Shown piece by piece: positions 34,870 to 43,647 of a stretch of DNA of 52,324 nucleotides; position 1 is the stretch's first letter, and every line of letters starts with the position of its first letter. The notes under the pieces are model-generated. The model saw only the letters and a list, made by a program, of their open reading frames with translations, ran no database searches and was not told where the DNA came from. Made by a program: the position numbers and the translations under genes. The stretch is from Flavobacteriales bacterium. GTDB taxonomy: Bacteria > Bacteroidota > Bacteroidia > Flavobacteriales_G > NORP312. Location: contig JAESTK010000154.1 of NCBI GenBank assembly GCA_016763645.1, positions 1-52,324 of the forward strand. Reading direction: 5' to 3'.

Positions 34870-36465
34870 TTAAAGTAACTCTAGTACCTTTTTAATTGTT
34901 TTGTCGCTTTTGTTCAAAACAGGATATAACCCCTCATTACTCCAAATATGGTTGAGGATTTCTGCCTTTAAACGAGTTTCGATAAGGGTTTGAGAAATGA
35001 CAAATTCTGCATCTATTTTTTCAACTCCTTTTGTTTTTGCTAACGCAAAAAATTCGGAAACAATTGCGGGGGTAATCTCAAATTTATTGACGGCAATCGT
35101 TGCGGTTTTAAATTTGTTTAATTCTTCTCTATGTTGGTCTGCATAATCGAAGCAAAACTGTCTAAAAATGCCACCATAGATTAATTCGCTGAACAAATAC
35201 GTATGTCCGGTTGTGTCGTATGGTATAAAAACATCAGGCATAATTCCACCGCCACCATAAACGGTTTTTCCAGCAGGAGTTGTAAATTTTAACGAATCAG
35301 GAAGATTGATACTGTCGATGTTCATCATTTCCCCTCTTTTAATTCGGTTGTAATAATCGCGATAATATTGTTTTACCCCGTCTTTATAGGGCTTTTGTAT
35401 GCACCGACCTGTTGGGGTATAGTAACGGGCGATGGTTAGTCTAAGCGCAGAACCATCGGGCCATTGCGAAGGCTCTTGTACTAAGCCCTTACCGAAAGAG
35501 CGCCTTCCAAAAATGGTTCCTCTGTCGTTATCTTGTATAGCTCCTGCAACAATTTCGCTAGCTGAAGCAGAAGCCTCGTCAATTAAAACACCTATTTCGA
35601 CACCTTTTAGCGAGCCCGTACTAGTGGATTTATACTCTTTTCGGTTTCTGGCTTTGCCTTCCGTATAAACGATGAGTTTATTGCCGTCTAACATTTCGTC
35701 AATAATGCTAACTGCTGCGTCCATATACCCACCACCATTTCCACGTAAATCAATAACCAATTTTTTCATACCCTGATTAAGCAATTCGTTGGTTCCTTTT
35801 TTAAACTCATCATAGGTGGTTCGAGCGAAACGACTGATTTTTATATAGCCAACATCTTCGTTTAGCATATAGGCGATATCAACACTAAAAATTGGAATTT
35901 TATCTCGTTCGATAGCGAAAGGAATAAGTTTTGTAACGCCACTTCTTTTCACTTCAACATTAACAGTGGTGCCTTTTTTACCTCGTAAAAGCTCGATTAC
36001 CTTGGCATTAGTAATTCCGTTTCCAGCAATGTTATCACCTTCCACGGAAACAATTCTATCACCAGAAAGTATGCCTAATTTAGCTGAAGGACCACCTGCA
36101 ATTGGAGTGATAATAGCAACAGTATCTCGCTGAATCCTAAACTCAACACCAATGCCTTCGAAATTACCCTCTAACGGTTCATTAGCTGCGGCTAAATCTT
36201 GAGGCGGAATGTAGTAGGAGTGGGGGTCTAGTTCTTGAAGTAAGGTTTGGATTGCTTTTTCTTCGAGAGCTGAAATGTTGATGGTATCAACATATTCATG
36301 CTCAATATAGGAAAGAATTTCGGTGAGTTTACTCCCTTTCTTTGTTGAGAGATTACGGAACCCTTCAGATGAATTTCCACGCCCTAATCGCAACCCCATA
36401 ACGATGCCAATACACAACGTAACGGCTAACCCTAATGGAATATAAAGCTGCGTTTTACTGCTCAT
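34870..36465 (-). CDS. S41-family carboxyl-terminal processing peptidase with PDZ domain
   Basis: 531 aa with an N-terminal TM anchor, a PDZ segment (GDRIVSVEGDNIAG), and a catalytic region DEASASASEIVAGAIQDNDRG. Confidence 0.9.
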   Translation of the reverse strand: MSSKTQLYIPLGLAVTLCIGIVMGLRLGRGNSSEGFRNLSTKKGSKLTEILSYIEHEYVDTINISALEEKAIQTLLQELDPHSYYIPPQDLAAANEPLEGNFEGIGVEFRIQRDTVAIITPIAGGPSAKLGILSGDRIVSVEGDNIAGNGITNAKVIELLRGKKGTTVNVEVKRSGVTKLIPFAIERDKIPIFSVDIAYMLNEDVGYIKISRFARTTYDEFKKGTNELLNQGMKKLVIDLRGNGGGYMDAAVSIIDEMLDGNKLIVYTEGKARNRKEYKSTSTGSLKGVEIGVLIDEASASASEIVAGAIQDNDRGTIFGRRSFGKGLVQEPSQWPDGSALRLTIARYYTPTGRCIQKPYKDGVKQYYRDYYNRIKRGEMMNIDSINLPDSLKFTTPAGKTVYGGGGIMPDVFIPYDTTGHTYLFSELIYGGIFRQFCFDYADQHREELNKFKTATIAVNKFEITPAIVSEFFALAKTKGVEKIDAEFVISQTLIETRLKAEILNHIWSNEGLYPVLNKSDKTIKKVLELL

Positions 36466-36922
36466 GGGTTGGTTTATAGTGGATTACATTAACGCCAAAT
36501 TTTCTTAAAAATTCTACACCTTCATCAATAGGAATGCCTTTGTATTTAGCATAAGAATTTAAGAAATACATGGTTTTAATACCAGAGGTATAAATCACTC
36601 GGGCACACGGCAAACAAGGAGAAAGTGTAACATAAAGTGTTGACCCTTCTAGGTCTATTTTGTTTTTTGCCGCATAAAGAATAGCATTTTCTTCTGCATG
36701 TAGTGCTAAAGAGCAACTACCTTTCGAACTTCTCGGACAGCCTTCTTCGGGCCACTCTTTATCGCAGTTATGAGTTCCTGAAGGAGGACCATTATAGCCC
36801 AATGAAACAATTCGTGTGTCTTTCGCTAACACGGCACCAACATGTTGCTTTACACAATGCGATCGTTTGGCTAAATTACTAGCCAAATCCATATAAATAT
36901 CATCGAAACTTGGTCGGCTCAT
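36455..36922 (-). CDS. Deoxycytidylate (dCMP) deaminase
   Basis: Cytidine/deoxycytidylate deaminase zinc motifs HAEENAI and PCLPCA. 155 aa. It overlaps the downstream peptidase gene by 11 nt. Confidence 0.9.
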   Translation of the reverse strand: MSRPSFDDIYMDLASNLAKRSHCVKQHVGAVLAKDTRIVSLGYNGPPSGTHNCDKEWPEEGCPRSSKGSCSLALHAEENAILYAAKNKIDLEGSTLYVTLSPCLPCARVIYTSGIKTMYFLNSYAKYKGIPIDEGVEFLRKFGVNVIHYKPTHEQ

Positions 36923-36968
36923 AGATTGGCAAATGTACTATTTGCACAACAATCATGCAACAAGAGAA

Positions 36969-39467
36969 TCAGGTAGATTTTTTTCGTAGCGAAAGATAAT
37001 CTAAGTAATACAAAAGCTTGACATTAAGACTATTCGCTTGCCCTTGACTAATCATCTGACTAAAATTATTAAAATAATCTCTTGTAATTTGATTGTTTAC
37101 CGACAGGATGGAGTTTTTATAAGTGATACTTAATTCGCTACCAGGAGCGAAAACCCAAGTGTAAGCAATATCGATGTTAAAGGCATTAAAGTTCACATTA
37201 TGAATGTTATTACCCGATTCATCTAACCCATTGTAAGCCGTATTGTATAGTTTTCCATCTTGTCCTAGTTCGAAAAACTCTTTATAATTTGCTGTTGCCC
37301 AGTAGTGTCTAACTCGAAAAGTAACGCCCATTCTATTGGTAAAAATATAGCTTCCTCTTAGGGTGTTTTCAATGATATGTTCATCTCGTTTAGAGAAAAT
37401 GACGGTTCCATCAGAAAGCTTACCTGCCCAGCCAATATTGTTGGGCATATTGTAAGAATTAAAACGATAGACAAAAGAAAGGTGGTCGCTTACTCGAAAA
37501 CGAGGCGAAACACCAAAATTATAGCGATAACGACCAGTTTCATTGTAAAATCGATAATTTGTATTTCCGTCAAGTGCGAATTTTTTACGATAATCTGATG
37601 AGAACCCCCAGCCAATATTCGAATTCTCGGGCTGCAAGTAATATTGGCTGAAAGACCTGGCTTCGTAATAATCATGGATTTTTAATGGTTCTGTCCATGT
37701 CCAAAGCCACGAGGCGAAAAATTTTCGAGTATTTACCCAATGATTAGTGCTTATTCCGAATTTGGAATAAAGGCCTGTAGTGAAGAATGCTTGGGAGTTT
37801 TGCCATGGGTTGTTGTTGATGTTAACCGTTGAAGATCCGTTGGAACTGAGAACTCTTAGTGTTCGTATAGATAAAGAATTACCTGTTTTATTAAATTTCC
37901 CTTTAGGTTTATAGGTGTTGTACTCAATTCTTGCAACAACTTCTCTAAAGTTGGTAATGGTTTGAAAGCCTAAGTCACTGCGGTTATAGTTTTCAGAAAC
38001 TTCTTTGTAGTTAAGTCTAAATTGAAAATTCCCACTCACTTTTCTGATTCCTCCAGACGCAGCATAACCCAAACTAGGAGTACTATTGTTGTAAATCTGA
38101 GAAACAGAGCCTCCTCCGTAAAGGGCATAAGTATTGGTTTTTTCTCGTAAATGAAAGTTTAGCCCAGTTACATTAGCATCATAATAACTCCCTTGCCGAA
38201 GTGTATGAGTATTTGTTAACGTTACATACGAATTGTTTTTCAACGCTTGGTCTATTACAAATATGTTGTAGTTAGTTAAGGGCGCGGTTAGCACTTTTTC
38301 TTCTGTTCCGTTTTCTCGAAGAATTGTAGCATTGGTGCTGGCGGTTACTGAATTTAAAATTCCTACACCGAGGTTCGATTTTGTTCGTCCCGAAACTTTA
38401 GTAGAGTTTATTAGTTGAACTTCACCAGGGTTCGATAGTAAAGAATCTCCAGCGTTAAGTGCCAAATATGGAGCGGAATAATCTATCGGTGTGCCGCCAA
38501 TTCTACGAGAATAAAAGAGGCCGGATTTATTGAAAAGTTCAGTTCCTTCTGTAAAAAAGGGTCTTCGCTCTTGAAAAAACACTTCGAATTGGGACAGGTT
38601 TAGTACTTGATTGTCTGATTGAACTTGTCCAAAATCAGGAACAAGGGTGAGGTCTAAAGTGAATGCATCGTTAATACCATATTTTAGGTCCATCCCACCA
38701 CGAAAGGAACGGCCGTTTTCTGAATAACCAGGTTCGGAATAACGGTTTACAAATCCGGATAAATAGGGTATAAACGCAAGCCGTACCGGTGAGGAAATAC
38801 CTTTGATCCCTGTCAAATCACCAAACTGTTGAACAAGACCGTCAATGTTTGGCAGTGTTGGATTCCAAAAAGAGAACTCTCTTTTTCTTCTGATTTTTCT
38901 TGCAAAATTTACGCCCCATATTTGCTCTTCTTCATCAGAAAAACGAATAGCAGAAAATGGAATTTTCATTTCAATGTACCAGTTCTTTTCATCAATAGTT
39001 ACTTTACTTAGCCAAACAGCATCCCACGAAACGTCTTGTCCATTGGCAGAATATCTTGCATCCCATTGAACGCCCGTTGGGTGAACAACAAATCCGTAAG
39101 CGTTTTGGTCATCATTGTATGTGTCTAAAAATATTCCAAATACATCGGTATTTCCTTCGTCATCACGATTACTTAACTGTCGTAGTATACTGTCGTTGGC
39201 AACATCGTAGCAGGTAGCAGCAATATAAATAGCTGTATTGTCATAAGCTATTTGAACTTCAGTTCGTTGGTGAGGTTTTGCTCCGGGGTTGGGTCCATTC
39301 TGTGTAAAATCAGTTGCAATCGGTGCTATTTTCCATATAGCTTCATCTAATTTACCATCAATTTTTATAGGTTCGGTAACACGAACGGCCTCGATAGACT
39401 TTATCGAGTCAGTTTGCCCAAAACCTATGCAGGGGAGTAGTAAAAACAGGAATAGCCAATTTCGCAT
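36969..39467 (-). CDS. Outer-membrane protein with CBM9-like N-terminal domain and DUF5916-type barrel
   Basis: Signal peptide MRNWLFLFLLLPCIGFGQ. N-terminal VRVTEPIKIDGKLDEAIWKIAPIATDF is typical of CBM9-like/DUF5916 proteins. A long Tyr/Asn/Gly-rich beta region ends in an aromatic-rich C-terminus. Confidence 0.7.
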   Translation of the reverse strand: MRNWLFLFLLLPCIGFGQTDSIKSIEAVRVTEPIKIDGKLDEAIWKIAPIATDFTQNGPNPGAKPHQRTEVQIAYDNTAIYIAATCYDVANDSILRQLSNRDDEGNTDVFGIFLDTYNDDQNAYGFVVHPTGVQWDARYSANGQDVSWDAVWLSKVTIDEKNWYIEMKIPFSAIRFSDEEEQIWGVNFARKIRRKREFSFWNPTLPNIDGLVQQFGDLTGIKGISSPVRLAFIPYLSGFVNRYSEPGYSENGRSFRGGMDLKYGINDAFTLDLTLVPDFGQVQSDNQVLNLSQFEVFFQERRPFFTEGTELFNKSGLFYSRRIGGTPIDYSAPYLALNAGDSLLSNPGEVQLINSTKVSGRTKSNLGVGILNSVTASTNATILRENGTEEKVLTAPLTNYNIFVIDQALKNNSYVTLTNTHTLRQGSYYDANVTGLNFHLREKTNTYALYGGGSVSQIYNNSTPSLGYAASGGIRKVSGNFQFRLNYKEVSENYNRSDLGFQTITNFREVVARIEYNTYKPKGKFNKTGNSLSIRTLRVLSSNGSSTVNINNNPWQNSQAFFTTGLYSKFGISTNHWVNTRKFFASWLWTWTEPLKIHDYYEARSFSQYYLQPENSNIGWGFSSDYRKKFALDGNTNYRFYNETGRYRYNFGVSPRFRVSDHLSFVYRFNSYNMPNNIGWAGKLSDGTVIFSKRDEHIIENTLRGSYIFTNRMGVTFRVRHYWATANYKEFFELGQDGKLYNTAYNGLDESGNNIHNVNFNAFNIDIAYTWVFAPGSELSITYKNSILSVNNQITRDYFNNFSQMISQGQANSLNVKLLYYLDYLSLRKKST

Positions 39468-39753
39468 GCTACAAAGGTTACCCTTAAAATTAAGAAACGT
39501 TCATTTTTTAGGATGAACGGGTGTATTCCTACAAAAAAGATGTTTTACGCGAAGCTTTAAAGCCTATGCGTGAAATTACTTTTTGAACGAGTAAGAAAAA
39601 TTAACACATAATTAGTTAAAATTACTTGTACGAGGTTGTAGTTAAAAATATTATATAAGTTTTGTAATTATACTGAGTAAGTAATATCCAATTTTAATTA
39701 TGATAAGGGTAGAGAATATCTGTACTTTCGCGAGGGTGAAAAAGCAAAACAAA

Positions 39754-40260
39754 ATGAAGAAAAAATTCAATAGAAGTTCAGTCTTGTTGTTGACTGGTGC
39801 GCTGCTCTTTCTTTCAAACGAAAGTGAAGCACAAACCATACAACGACAAAGTATAGGAAGCCTTGGGGGTTCTTTGAGCGACAAGGAAGTAACGATTCAG
39901 CAAACCGTAGGGCAACCGTATTCTACTAATACATATTATAGTGAGGAAGTAGGAAATCGACCCGGGTTTCAGCAACCATCTAAATTTAAGCTAGAATCAT
40001 CTCAGTCAACATTTAAAGACCTAGTCTTAGGCGTTTATCCAAATCCTGCAGCGTACTCAATTACAATTGAAAGTTCAGAAGTAGTTAGCGGTGCAACGCT
40101 TCAGATTGTAGATGTTAATGGAAAGCAAATTTTGACGAAAAATATTGATGGGGTAAACACCTATAACATTGATTGTTCGTCATGGACAAACGGAGCCTAT
40201 TTCATAACAATTAACGGTCAAAACAAAAAATATTCATCCAAACTGATTATAAATAAATAG
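39754..40260 (+). CDS. Mini T9SS cargo: about 60-aa mature domain plus type A C-terminal sorting domain
   Basis: The ATG at 39754 gives signal peptide MKKKFNRSSVLLLTGALLFLSNESEAQ. CTD LGVYPNPAAYSITIES...NGAYFITINGQNKKYSSKLIINK. The ORF-track start at 39700 is rejected. Confidence 0.7.
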   Translation: MKKKFNRSSVLLLTGALLFLSNESEAQTIQRQSIGSLGGSLSDKEVTIQQTVGQPYSTNTYYSEEVGNRPGFQQPSKFKLESSQSTFKDLVLGVYPNPAAYSITIESSEVVSGATLQIVDVNGKQILTKNIDGVNTYNIDCSSWTNGAYFITINGQNKKYSSKLIINK

Positions 40261-40264
40261 AACT

Positions 40265-40903
40265 ATGAAAAAGAACGTAATAACAAAATTACTACTAGGA
40301 GCAGCTATTTTTATTAGCCCAGCTCTTGTAGCTCAGTCGAATTTTACGATTGATGCATCGCAAACATTATCGACATTTCAATTTGTAGATAGTGAAGCTA
40401 ACGTTGACAAAAGTTACTCGGGAAATTATTCTGGCGCGTACAATTTAGGGTACAGATATATCCACGAAAAAGGGATCATAGTCCGTACAGGAATTGGAAT
40501 GCGAACAGGAGGTGCTACAATGGTTTATGACGGCATTAACTACAATTGGTCTTTACAGTACGCTACGTTCAACCTAGGAGGAGGGTATATGTACGGAGAT
40601 GGTCTTTTTAAGCCGTATTTAACAGTTGCAGGTTATTTTGGATACCTGTTAAAGGCGAACCAAACGGTAAACAATGAAGATTTCGATATTATAAACATAG
40701 GCGAAATACAAAAGATAGACTATGGTGTAATCGGCTCTTTGGGAACTCAAATTACATTATCTGATGAGATTTCTGCTTATACAGAATTCTCTTACTTAAG
40801 AGGGTTGGGGAACCTAGAAACAAACGAAACAGGGCAAAAATCATCGAACATTTCTTATATGTTATCACTAGGGATGTCATTTTCAATTAACACTTCAAAA
40901 TAA
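40265..40903 (+). CDS. Small outer-membrane beta-barrel protein
   Basis: Signal peptide MKKNVITKLLLGAAIFISPALVAQ. About 8-10 amphipathic strands (YNLGYRYI, FNLGGGYMY, YLTVAGYFGYLL, YGVIGSLGTQITL, AYTEFSYLRG, YMLSLGMSFSI). Confidence 0.6.
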   Translation: MKKNVITKLLLGAAIFISPALVAQSNFTIDASQTLSTFQFVDSEANVDKSYSGNYSGAYNLGYRYIHEKGIIVRTGIGMRTGGATMVYDGINYNWSLQYATFNLGGGYMYGDGLFKPYLTVAGYFGYLLKANQTVNNEDFDIINIGEIQKIDYGVIGSLGTQITLSDEISAYTEFSYLRGLGNLETNETGQKSSNISYMLSLGMSFSINTSK

Positions 40904-40909
40904 TTTATT

Positions 40910-42262
40910 ATGAAAAATTTTACAAAAATTTATTTAGTTCTATCGCTTGTTTTTGCAAGCCAACTAATGTTTGCACAGCAAATAGGAAACCTTGATGGAA
41001 TAAGTTACCAAGCAGTAGCTATTGACGATACAGGCAAAGAAATTGTTGGGATGGACATCAACGGAAAACCGCTCTACGAAAAAACAATAGGAGTTCGGTT
41101 TTCAATTTTAAAAGGGGTGGACGGAGATGTTTTATATCAAGAAACACATTCTGCACTTACCGATAAATATGGTCTATTTTCATTAACTATTGGTCATGGA
41201 GAGCAAACAGGAGAAGGAAGTTATGATAACCTGTTAGATATGCCTTGGATAGATGCAGACCAATATTTAAAAGTTGAAATATCAATTGCAAACGATGATA
41301 GTTACAAGATGGTAAGCTTACAAAAGTTTATGACCGTTCCTTACTCGTTTTATACCGATGATATTGCAGACAACGCAATTACGACTGCAAAAATTTTGGA
41401 CGAAACTATTCTTCCAGAAGATATAGGCACAGGTTCGGTAGAAACCTCTGAGATATTGGATGAGACTATTTTAGCAGAAGACATCGGAACAGGTTCAGTT
41501 GAAACTTCTGAAATTTTGGATGAGACCATTCAAGCCGAGGACATTGACACAGGTGCAGTAACAACATCTGAGATTCTTGATGAAACTATCTTAGCAGAAG
41601 ACATTGGTACTGGCTCAGTAGAGACGTCCGAGATTTTAGATGAAACCATCTTAGCGGAAGACATCGGTACAGGTTCCGTAGAAACCTCTGAAATACTAAA
41701 TGAAACTATCTTGGCAGAAGACATTGGAACAGGCTCTGTAGAGACTTCGGAGATTTTGGACGGAACAATTCTTAATGAAGATATCGCAAATGGGACTATC
41801 GATTTAACAACGAAAGTTACAGGTGTTCTTCCCGTTGCTGATGGAGGAACAGGATTAGACGGAAGTGGTGTGCTTGCTGGCCAAATACTAATTGGAAATG
41901 GGACGGGGTTTACATTAGATTCTCTTACGGCTGGTACAGGTATTAATATTACCAATACGGCAGGTGGTATAACTATATCTTCTGGTGTTACAGGAGTAAA
42001 TAGCGTAACAGCTCCAAATGTTTCTCCTGGAAGTATTTCTGCTGGAAGTACATTTATATCTGGTCCACTTACATTAACGGGTGTGGTTTTAGGAAATATT
42101 ATTGTGGGTTCAATTGATGGAAATTTAAAAGGCTGTATGATGACTTGTTATGTTTCAGGTAATAATCAAATCAGAGTAGCTATATTTAATGGCACTGGCT
42201 CACCAGTTAATTTTAATGCTAATGGAGGAGTATATACTTTAAGAGTTTTAGTAGTACAATAA
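40910..42262 (+). CDS. Secreted tail-fibre-like repeat protein
   Basis: Signal peptide ...LMFAQQ. N-terminal domain ISYQAVAIDDTGKEIV...GVRFSILKG...VLYQETH...KYGLFSLTIGHGE, 7.5 x 20-aa repeats, an LPVADGGTGL motif, and a Gly/Thr/Ile-rich C-terminal region. No T9SS CTD. Confidence 0.7.
   Translation: MKNFTKIYLVLSLVFASQLMFAQQIGNLDGISYQAVAIDDTGKEIVGMDINGKPLYEKTIGVRFSILKGVDGDVLYQETHSALTDKYGLFSLTIGHGEQTGEGSYDNLLDMPWIDADQYLKVEISIANDDSYKMVSLQKFMTVPYSFYTDDIADNAITTAKILDETILPEDIGTGSVETSEILDETILAEDIGTGSVETSEILDETIQAEDIDTGAVTTSEILDETILAEDIGTGSVETSEILDETILAEDIGTGSVETSEILNETILAEDIGTGSVETSEILDGTILNEDIANGTIDLTTKVTGVLPVADGGTGLDGSGVLAGQILIGNGTGFTLDSLTAGTGINITNTAGGITISSGVTGVNSVTAPNVSPGSISAGSTFISGPLTLTGVVLGNIIVGSIDGNLKGCMMTCYVSGNNQIRVAIFNGTGSPVNFNANGGVYTLRVLVVQ
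41360..41809 (+). repeat. In-frame tandem 60-nt (20-aa) repeats, 7.5 copies
   Basis: Consensus peptide DIGTGSVETSEILDETILAE. Unit boundaries at 41360, 41420, 41480, 41540, 41600, 41660, 41720 and 41780. Confidence 0.9.
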
Positions 42263-42285
42263 AAAACTAACGTTTATCTAAAGTT

Positions 42286-42320
42286 AAAAGCCCGATTGTT
42301 ATATCTCAATCGGGCTTTTT
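42286..42320 (+). terminator. Strong rho-independent terminator
   Basis: 9-bp stem GCCCGATTG/CAATCGGGC, 8-nt loop, T5 tail, 24 nt after the stop at 42262. Confidence 0.85.
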
Positions 42321-42329
42321 AATGAATAA

Positions 42330-42533
42330 TTATCGCTTAACTACTCGCAGAGTACTGGTCGTTACATCTTCGGAAGTTAGAGCAACAAAATAGACTCCAG
42401 AAGTTAAGCCATCAAACGACACGAAAGAGGCCATAGAGTTAGCAACAACAACTTTTACAGGCTGCCCCAAAGCATTGGAATTGTAACAATAAGATGCAGA
42501 GTTTAATAACTTTTTTCGATCACTTTTCCGTCT
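42330..42533 (-). pseudogene. Out-of-frame T9SS type A sorting-domain-like segment downstream of ORF 42503-43111
   Basis: An open frame with no usable start encodes ...NSASYCYNSNALGQPVKVVVANSMASFVSFDGLTSGVYFVALTSEDVTTSTLRVVKR*. The ending (GVYFV...K/R-rich tail) resembles a Por secretion tail. It overlaps the 3' end of the upstream ORF in the -1 frame. Confidence 0.45.
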
Positions 42534-43111
42534 TTATGGAAAAGGGTTTTTGTTCTTTTGCCTGATTCATCGTAAAGGTGTTCGGTATGAAGTGTTTCAC
42601 CGATGTACATCTTAATGGATTTCATGTTTCCGTTATCCCAAAATTCCATTTCTTCTGTTTCTTTGTTCGGGTCTATCCTGCGCATTTCTATTGGTGTACC
42701 ATTCATTTGAAAGTTATAATCTCCCTTTGGAGCAAGAATTTTATAAGTCAGATAAATTCCTTTTAAACAGAGGCAATCGATATCATTTTTTTCGAAAACG
42801 AAGTTGAGGGTTTTATTATCAACTGTTTCGAGTTCGGCAACGAATGAAGCGCAACAGTTCGCAACTAATGAAACTTCAACTACAAGTGTATCACCAGAAT
42901 ATTCAATTGAAGTAACCGCCTCTTCAACCTTAGTTAGGTTTTCCATCCCCTTGCCAAAACGTGCAGAAATTGCTACAAATTCGAATCCTTTTTCTGTGCT
43001 TGTTTTGTTGAGTTTACTTTTAGATTTTATTTCTGCTTTAAGTAGCTTGTGCTCTTGCGTGAAGCCAGGAAATGCTAGGGTAAGAGCTAAAAGGAGGGGA
43101 AATAACTTCAT
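42503..43111 (-). CDS. Hypothetical secreted protein with MORN-variant (YwqK-like) C-terminal repeats
   Basis: Signal peptide MKLFPLLLALTLAFPGFTQ. C-terminal WDNGNMKSIKMY...EHLYDESGKRTKTLFHKDGKV resembles MORN_2 repeats. The start codon abuts the stop of the OmpA-domain ORF. Confidence 0.6.
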   Translation of the reverse strand: MKLFPLLLALTLAFPGFTQEHKLLKAEIKSKSKLNKTSTEKGFEFVAISARFGKGMENLTKVEEAVTSIEYSGDTLVVEVSLVANCCASFVAELETVDNKTLNFVFEKNDIDCLCLKGIYLTYKILAPKGDYNFQMNGTPIEMRRIDPNKETEEMEFWDNGNMKSIKMYIGETLHTEHLYDESGKRTKTLFHKDGKVIEKSY

Positions 43112-43647
43112 TATTCGCCAAAATGTTGCCCAACGACATAGAAAGCAGTTCTTCTGTTGCGTTGGTGTTCTTCTTCCGTTTGGGCATCTTCTACTTTCAA
43201 GGTTGTTTCACCAAATCCAACAGGAGTAATTCTTGCCATAGCAATTCCTTTCGAAACAAGATAATCTACACAAGACTGCGCTCTTGCCTGAGAAAGGTTC
43301 ATGTTGAATTCATGACTACTTCGAACATCTGTATGAGAGCGAAGCTCTACTTCTAAATTGTTATTTAAAACTAAAAAATCATATAGTTCGTCTAAGATTT
43401 TTTTCGACTCATCTCGTAAGGTCGCTTTACCGTAATCGTATTCAATACCAGGAATATCAATTTCACCAAGAGGAATAGGTGTAAGCATTAGGTCCACCAT
43501 AAATGATTTAGACTCAGTTAAACCCATGGTTGAAGCCGAATTTGCATCACCAAAATATCCTTCTTTTTGTCCTTTTATAAAATATATTTGATTGATTTCG
43601 AGGGATAAAGAGTAGTAGCCTGTTTCGTCTGTAATTATTTCGTACAA
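43111..43647 (-). CDS. C-terminal fragment of PorE-like protein: half CRD plus OmpA_C peptidoglycan-binding domain
   Basis: OmpA_C motifs: YDYGKATLRDES, ELRSHTDVRSSHEFNMNLSQARAQSCVDYL, GFGET, NRRTAFYV. It has only a TTG start and no signal peptide. The N-terminus is the second half of a carboxypeptidase-regulatory-like domain. Confidence 0.8.
   Translation of the reverse strand: MYEIITDETGYYSLSLEINQIYFIKGQKEGYFGDANSASTMGLTESKSFMVDLMLTPIPLGEIDIPGIEYDYGKATLRDESKKILDELYDFLVLNNNLEVELRSHTDVRSSHEFNMNLSQARAQSCVDYLVSKGIAMARITPVGFGETTLKVEDAQTEEEHQRNRRTAFYVVGQHFGE

Noticed and set aside
41360-41809. Possible CRISPR array (regular 60-nt periodicity)
   Set aside because: The units are contiguous with no unique spacers, are in frame within a 450-aa ORF, and vary only at codon third positions. 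No cas genes are in the window.
41530-41955. 141-aa minus-strand ORF opposite the repeat protein gene
   Set aside because: It is a mirror of the in-frame 60-nt repeats and has repetitive, low-complexity translation. It has no start context, and the plus-strand gene has a signal peptide and coherent domains.
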